Part shown: positions 58,703-64,000 of the stretch, piece by piece | How the letters are laid out: every line of letters begins with the position of its first letter | Position numbering within the stretch: the stretch's first letter is position 1 | From: an uncultured Phycisphaerales bacterium | Lineage (GTDB): Bacteria > Planctomycetota > Phycisphaerae > WQYP01 | Direction of reading: 5' to 3' | Assembly (NCBI GenBank): GCA_903845195.1 | Contig: CAIMWO010000033.1 | Coordinates: 2,347-66,346 of the forward strand | DNA length: 64,000 nt | The notes under the pieces: model-generated | Databases searched by the model: none | The model's input: the letters and a program-made list of their open reading frames with translations, nothing else | Told to the model about the DNA's origin: nothing | Made by a program: the position numbers and the translations under genes

Positions 58703-61576
58703 TTAATGCAACGCGGCGGGATTTGCGGCGGGATTTGCATTTTTCTCGATGCCTTCCGTCCCGGTGAGGTTTGCCAAGAGGGCTACATAAAGCTGCTGGC
58801 CGCTTACCCAGTACATGTGCTTGCCTGCAATCCAGGGGCCGGCAAAGTCGACGCCCAACCGCGGCAGCTGAAAGCCGCGATCCAGCACCCAGAGCCCATA
58901 CTTGGGCTTTGCCGCATCGGTTTCACGGCGAAATCGCAAAAGTGATTGCTGGGTTGTCACCCATACGGTATGCGTAGACTCGACCGTCAGCCGCCCCGCA
59001 TAGAACGATGTGGCGTCTAGCGGTATCAATTGCGACGGCTTGTCCGGGTAGAGCACTTCGGCTTCGCGCTGGCGCAGAGACCAGGTCCCATCGTCGGCAT
59101 CCTGCCAGGTCGAGCCGCCCTGAAGTGAGTGGGGGAGCACACGCCATTGGCCGTCCTCCCATCGGCGGACGGATGCCAGGTCCGCACTTCTCACCTGTGC
59201 ATCCCATTCCGGCGATTTGGACCCCCGTTGCCGGGCTTCTTCCAGCCGAATCGGATAGACCTCCTTCCAGTGTGCGGCCGCTTCCGGGGTGAGCGTCCAT
59301 CCACAAGAAAGTTGCGGCAAGGCGCTACAGTCCGGCCATGTCGAGGCCCAACTGCCCTCCTGCGAATGAACCGGATTTGCGGTTATCGTCGCGCCATCAA
59401 ATTTCATCCACTGCAGCGTCGCATATTGTTTATCAAAGCCGAGTACGGCGCCCATCTTCGCATCGACGCCAACAATGTGAGCGAGCAGCGGATCGAATTC
59501 ACCACTGCTCTTCTCCTGGCGGTAGATCGCCCAGTCGGTCCCGCGGAACACCCCGACGGCCGCGAAATCACCGCACATGCCGTTGCGTTCGGCCACATAC
59601 ACCTTTTGTTTAATGTAGAGTGCATCACCCAGGCGGACCAGGCAGCATGCCTGCCAATCTGCGCCTGCGGTAAATGCCGCGCCGTCCGGCATCACTTCCA
59701 TGAGTCGCTCATGGTAGGTTTCCACAAGAGCTTTGAGGGACCTGGCCCTCTCTGTCGTTCCACGATCATGGAACAGAACGCCGTTGATGCCTTCATCTCC
59801 GCCGATTGTAGGGACGATGGCCGTGCCTCTGCTCAGCGGCCAGATGCTGGGATTGAAACCCGTGGCGAGCGGTTCGCCGAGCTCCGTGACCTTGCCCGCC
59901 TCAGCGCGGCACAACTGGGTGGTTACCCGTGCGGTGGGTCCGAGTCGCGCGATCACTTCGCTGCGTTTCACCCCGTGCCGGATGAACCACAGACGGCCGC
60001 CCGGACCACGAACGGTGGGATAGTTTTCCAGCAAATTGTCCTGCACGGGCAATCTTTCGGCGATGCTTTCGCCGCGCAGCAGCGGCATGCCGGGTTCTTC
60101 GGCGAGGTTCAGCCAGACTATCGATTGTTCTTTCTCGTATTCCTTTCCAACCTTGAACGCCAGGCAAACCCACGATTTCCTCGTGGCGACGATGTGCAAC
60201 TCATGACCAGCCAGCGTCCCAAGGGAAGCAATGGGCGTAATCTGATTCCGGCTTCGATCGATCGTGTAAAGCTTCGCTTCATCGTGCGCGTAGAGTCGGC
60301 CGTTGTCGCCGACGCAGTCGATCACGAACCCCTTACTGGGTAAATCGACCGGCGTAATCGCCTTTTCCTCAATGATGAGCATCTTGGTCTGTGGTTCCCC
60401 GGCCCGCCACGCCTGCACGTACTGCCGTCCATCGGGATCGACAAACAGCAGCCGTGCCGCAGGCCAGTCTGCGAGTTTGGTTACCTGCACATCGGTGCCG
60501 CGGGCAACGATCGCGTCGATCGCCTGGTGAAGGCGAGCGGTGCTTTCTTCGCCGGTCGTTTTCCGCAGGGCTTCGTTGAGCAGCCCCAGGCGGGATTCGG
60601 GCAAGTCCGAGAGGATCTTCGTGGCACGCTGACGCGTGGCGAATTCATCGTTTTCCAGATCCGCAATTGCCGCGTGAATCTCCGCCGCCGACCGATCGGG
60701 CCCGACGGCCAGCGACAGCATCAGTATCTTGTGGGGTATGAAAGTATCCCTGATGTTGTCCGGCGTCTTGTGATCCACGAGTAAATAGCCCCGGCCGTTG
60801 TGATGGATCACGCCGTCGGCAAATTCCTCCTTGAGGCGGGTGACGATTCTGGCGCTGTCGTCGGCAATGCGGATGACAAACGACCCTGTCGTGTGGCAGT
60901 TGGATGTGAATCTCCGCGTGAGCCAGAGGGAATCGCCGATGCGGAAGAGCTGGTTCGCCCAGTACGATCCGGCGCTGGACAGGTCCTGATTTTCATCGGC
61001 ATTGGCGAGGGCAGGTAGGGATATCTCATGGCTCTGTTCGCCCGTGAGGGTGAAAATCCGATCTGTGCCTACGACCCAGACAGTTTGTTTTTGATCGACT
61101 AGTAACGACCGGCCGACCCACGACGCGGCATCCGGCACATTGGGAAAGCTCCGTGCCTCATAGTAATAGCCGGAGAATTCTCGCCGATTAAGTTGCCCGC
61201 CGGCGATCGTCCAGAGCACGCATCTCTTCTGATCTTCGGACGGGTCAAGGTAGTACGCGACGGATTTTTCGTTCACCGCCACGAGCGGGACGTAATCGTT
61301 GAAGCCAGCCTTGCCGGTATGCGGGGAACGCAGATGTGCATGGGGAAAAGGGAATTCCCTCGCCGCGTATCGTTCGCGGCAGCCGTCGTGCAGCGGTGTG
61401 ATCTCCACATCAATCGCCACGCCGCCGTTCGGTAGCCGCGCCAGTTCCGTTCCCCGGTCGTACATGTAGACGATGCGCGCGGAATCGATTCGCGGCAGTT
61501 CCGGATCGGCCGCACGGCTTTGAAGGGGACCACACGACAGCAGCAAACATGTCCAGAGGATGCGGCGCAAGATCAT
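58703..61576 (-). CDS. 957-aa Sec-secreted protein of unknown function
   Basis: Signal MILRRILWTCLLLSCGPLQSRAA. Uniform coding composition, no recognisable motif. Confidence 0.5.
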   Translation of the reverse strand: MILRRILWTCLLLSCGPLQSRAADPELPRIDSARIVYMYDRGTELARLPNGGVAIDVEITPLHDGCRERYAAREFPFPHAHLRSPHTGKAGFNDYVPLVAVNEKSVAYYLDPSEDQKRCVLWTIAGGQLNRREFSGYYYEARSFPNVPDAASWVGRSLLVDQKQTVWVVGTDRIFTLTGEQSHEISLPALANADENQDLSSAGSYWANQLFRIGDSLWLTRRFTSNCHTTGSFVIRIADDSARIVTRLKEEFADGVIHHNGRGYLLVDHKTPDNIRDTFIPHKILMLSLAVGPDRSAAEIHAAIADLENDEFATRQRATKILSDLPESRLGLLNEALRKTTGEESTARLHQAIDAIVARGTDVQVTKLADWPAARLLFVDPDGRQYVQAWRAGEPQTKMLIIEEKAITPVDLPSKGFVIDCVGDNGRLYAHDEAKLYTIDRSRNQITPIASLGTLAGHELHIVATRKSWVCLAFKVGKEYEKEQSIVWLNLAEEPGMPLLRGESIAERLPVQDNLLENYPTVRGPGGRLWFIRHGVKRSEVIARLGPTARVTTQLCRAEAGKVTELGEPLATGFNPSIWPLSRGTAIVPTIGGDEGINGVLFHDRGTTERARSLKALVETYHERLMEVMPDGAAFTAGADWQACCLVRLGDALYIKQKVYVAERNGMCGDFAAVGVFRGTDWAIYRQEKSSGEFDPLLAHIVGVDAKMGAVLGFDKQYATLQWMKFDGATITANPVHSQEGSWASTWPDCSALPQLSCGWTLTPEAAAHWKEVYPIRLEEARQRGSKSPEWDAQVRSADLASVRRWEDGQWRVLPHSLQGGSTWQDADDGTWSLRQREAEVLYPDKPSQLIPLDATSFYAGRLTVESTHTVWVTTQQSLLRFRRETDAAKPKYGLWVLDRGFQLPRLGVDFAGPWIAGKHMYWVSGQQLYVALLANLTGTEGIEKNANPAANPAALH

Positions 61577-61786
61577 GAAGTACCTCGCTGTTGGTAATCA
61601 AGTACTCCTTGGAATACCGCACAAGTCGGGAGGGATCAAGACAAATCGCCCGGGAGTTTCCTTGCAGGGGAGCGGGCGTGGGACCGGCTGGCGACCGTTG
61701 AATGTGTATAGAAACTCATCAATACACTGTTGACATCCTTAATCAGCCGTCTACCATTGCCTTGCTTACGAATCTAGGGTGTCTCG

Positions 61787-62542
61787 ATGTTACGAATGCT
61801 CATTGCCGTGCCGGTCTTCAACGAAGAGAAGTACGTCACGCGCGTGCTTTCTGAAATCCGCAAATACGGCCATGACGTCCTCGTCATCGACGACGGCTCC
61901 ACCGATGCCACCCCGTCCCTCCTCCGCAAAGTCCGCGGCATCCGCATCCTCACCCACCCCGAAAACCGCGGTTACGGCCAGTCGCTCATCGATGCCTTCA
62001 CCTATGCCGCCGATCGTGGCTATGATTGGGTCCTCACCATGGATTGCGATGAACAGCACGAACCCGCCCGCATCCCCGCCTTCTACGCCGCAGCGCAGCG
62101 CGACGATGCCGACGTCATCTCCGGCTCGCGCTACATGCCCGGCGACAACGGCGATGCCGACCAGCCTCCCCCCGATCGCCGCAACATCAACATGGTCATC
62201 ACCGAATTGCTCAACTCCACGCTCAATCTTTCGCTCACCGATTCCTTCTGCGGCTTCAAGGCCCATCGCGTCGCAGCCATGCAGAAACTTCGCCTGACCA
62301 TCCCCGGCTACGCCTTCCCCATGCAGTTCTGGGTCCAGGCCGTTGCCCAACGCCTGAACATCCGCGAAATCCCCGTCAAACTGATCTACAAAGATGCCAC
62401 CCGTCACTTCGGCGGCATGCTCGACGACCCCACCGCCCGGCTGCAGCATTACCTTGAGGTCCTCGCCACCGAACTCCAGGCCGTGCAAACCGAATCCCCC
62501 GTCCTCGCCGATACATCATGCGCGCTATGCTGTGACCCGTGA
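61787..62542 (+). CDS. family-2 glycosyltransferase, polyprenyl-phosphate sugar synthase type (DPM1/ArnC-like)
   Basis: IAVPVFNEEKYV, LVIDDGSTDAT, DxD in TMDCDEQHEP, GSRYM...FCGFKAH. Confidence 0.8.
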   Translation: MLRMLIAVPVFNEEKYVTRVLSEIRKYGHDVLVIDDGSTDATPSLLRKVRGIRILTHPENRGYGQSLIDAFTYAADRGYDWVLTMDCDEQHEPARIPAFYAAAQRDDADVISGSRYMPGDNGDADQPPPDRRNINMVITELLNSTLNLSLTDSFCGFKAHRVAAMQKLRLTIPGYAFPMQFWVQAVAQRLNIREIPVKLIYKDATRHFGGMLDDPTARLQHYLEVLATELQAVQTESPVLADTSCALCCDP

Positions 62543-62565
62543 CAGCGCCGCAGTATTATGCAACC

Positions 62566-64000
62566 ATGACCTCCGTCTCTCCCAACCACGACGCCGTTCG
62601 CCCCGATCCCGCACAGATTGTGGTCCCGCGAAAACATGGGCAAGTGCTCTTCACGCCCGCTCCAAACCTGTTGACCGATGCCCGTCGTCCCACGCTGGCC
62701 GGAAAATGGTCCGAGTTGCAGCAACTCGCCCGGCAGGATTTCCTTCACGCCGTCCAAACCCACGCCCAGCGCATCGGCGCCCCGCCTCCGCCGCAAACCC
62801 TTCTCGAAAAACGCTGGATTCTCACCGGCCATCAGCTTGAGTTCTATCACGCCGGAGTCTGGGCCAAAGTCGTCGCCGTCGATGAACTGGCCCGCCGCTT
62901 CGGTGGCGATGCGTCGGCCGCAGCCTTCGACGTGCTCGTCGATCATGATGTCGTCGATCGCCTCGGCTTCGACGTGCCCGTTCAACAAGGTGAAACCTGG
63001 CAGCGCTATCCCGTGCTCTGGGCCTCCGCCTCGCACGTTCCCGCCGATGGCTTGCATAGCCCAAACCTCAAGCAATTCGAAGCTTGGGACGCGGAATTGG
63101 CCAAGCATCCCCAGGCCCACGTCGATGCCCTGGCGCACATCCTGACGGAACTGAAACCCACCGCCGAATTGCGGCAATTCACCCCCTGGATGTCCCGCGC
63201 CCGCTGGAAACTCGAACAGGCGATGGGCATCAACGTCCACCACGTGCCGACCAGCCTGTTGTGTAGCGGAGACGCCTGGGCCACCTTCGTCCGCGCCTGG
63301 ATCGAACACGCCGCCGCTTGGACCGCCGTATACAACAAACACCTCCACGCCTACCGCCGCCGCGCCGGCATCAAGAACCCCCAGCACCCCATGCCCGACC
63401 TGCAAAAAACCGTCGACACGCTGGAACTTCCCTTCTGGATCTACCGCCCCGGCCAACCGCGCCAGCGCCTCTTCCTGCGCACTGGTGCCAATCCCGCCCT
63501 ACTTCATGGTGAAACCGCGCTCCCCCTCAATTCAGAATTCAAAATTCAGAATTCAGAATTCGTCATCCGCCCCCGCGCACTCACCCTCACCATGTTCCTC
63601 CGCCTCTTCGTCGGCGACCTCTTCATCCACGGCATCGGCGGGGCGCTCTATGACCAGATCACCGACGGCATCCTTCACGAACTCTTCGGCGTCATCCCCT
63701 CCTACGCCTGCGTCTCCGCCGCCTGGCTCCTTCCCCTCGGCCAGCCCTTCGAAGCCGCCGATGACCTCGCCGCCCTCCGCTGGCGCCGCCATCACGCACT
63801 GCACAATCCGCAACTGACCATCGATCCCTTCACCGCGCTCAAGACGGATGTCGCCGAACTCATCACCCAGCGGCGTGATCTAATCAAAGCAATCGCCGAT
63901 TCACTTGCCCATCACCGCCACGACGGCCGCCCCGCCCGCGCCGCATCCTTCCGCCAACTTCACGCCCTCAACGCCGCCTTGCACGAAAAAGCCCCGCGCA
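62566..64000 (+). CDS. hypothetical protein (>478 aa, runs off the window end) carrying an in-frame heptamer-repeat-encoded insert NSEFKIQNSEF
   Basis: ATG 24 nt after the GT2 stop. Open frame with coding-like composition on both sides of the 63529-63562 repeat. No family recognised. Confidence 0.5.
   Translation, partial: MTSVSPNHDAVRPDPAQIVVPRKHGQVLFTPAPNLLTDARRPTLAGKWSELQQLARQDFLHAVQTHAQRIGAPPPPQTLLEKRWILTGHQLEFYHAGVWAKVVAVDELARRFGGDASAAAFDVLVDHDVVDRLGFDVPVQQGETWQRYPVLWASASHVPADGLHSPNLKQFEAWDAELAKHPQAHVDALAHILTELKPTAELRQFTPWMSRARWKLEQAMGINVHHVPTSLLCSGDAWATFVRAWIEHAAAWTAVYNKHLHAYRRRAGIKNPQHPMPDLQKTVDTLELPFWIYRPGQPRQRLFLRTGANPALLHGETALPLNSEFKIQNSEFVIRPRALTLTMFLRLFVGDLFIHGIGGALYDQITDGILHELFGVIPSYACVSAAWLLPLGQPFEAADDLAALRWRRHHALHNPQLTIDPFTALKTDVAELITQRRDLIKAIADSLAHHRHDGRPARAASFRQLHALNAALHEKAPR
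63529..63562. repeat. (AATTCAG) heptamer tandem repeat, ~4.8 copies, reverse complement of the 50-83 repeat
   Basis: aattcagaattcaaaattcagaattcagaattcg read directly. Sits inside the last CDS without breaking its frame. Confidence 0.9.

Overview
This is a 64 kb window of high-GC (about 62%) bacterial chromosome. It is gene-dense on both strands and has no rRNA, tRNA, CRISPR array, transposase or integrase that I could recognise. The repertoire points to a Planctomycetota-like organism (inference): a DUF1559-like ...FADCHSEW motif, a DUF1570-like HExxH protein, a BatA-like N-terminal double-TM protein, many PD40 (WSPDGK) repeats, and many lipoproteins and Tat/Sec-secreted proteins of unknown function.

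Conserved housekeeping genes, called with high confidence:
- carB, N-terminal part only
- a glmM-like phosphohexomutase
- rpsO-pnp
- dnaX-ybaB-recR
- sthA
- a gatC/gatA/gatB cluster with foreign genes inserted between the subunits
- rpmB

Accessory content:
- two adjacent zinc-ribbon membrane paralogs, one of 1182 aa with PD40 propeller repeats
- a dCache sensor histidine kinase with no partner response regulator
- a divergent MoeZ/JAMM pair
- a stand-alone LigD-type 3'-phosphoesterase domain
- a nucleotide-sugar island: a GalU-like transferase next to a fusion of a GHMP-kinase-like domain with a UDPGP-family pyrophosphorylase (a combination I do not recognise)
- elsewhere, a classical bifunctional L-fucokinase/GDP-fucose pyrophosphorylase (Fkp) and a GT2 polyprenyl-phosphate glycosyltransferase

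Most notable sequence-level signals:
1. dnaX is split into two frames exactly at an A10 run. The run is followed by an in-frame UGA and a downstream stem-loop, which is the layout of a gamma/tau recoding site.
2. A family of heptanucleotide tandem repeats with a GAATTC core occurs at four loci. Two copies lie in inverted orientation inside reading frames near the two window edges; one of them coincides with the loss of CarB homology.
3. A 600 bp intergenic region carries two tandem hairpin-plus-motif units and a perfect AT-rich palindrome.

All calls are from reading the sequence and translations. I ran no database searches, and start codons are approximate.
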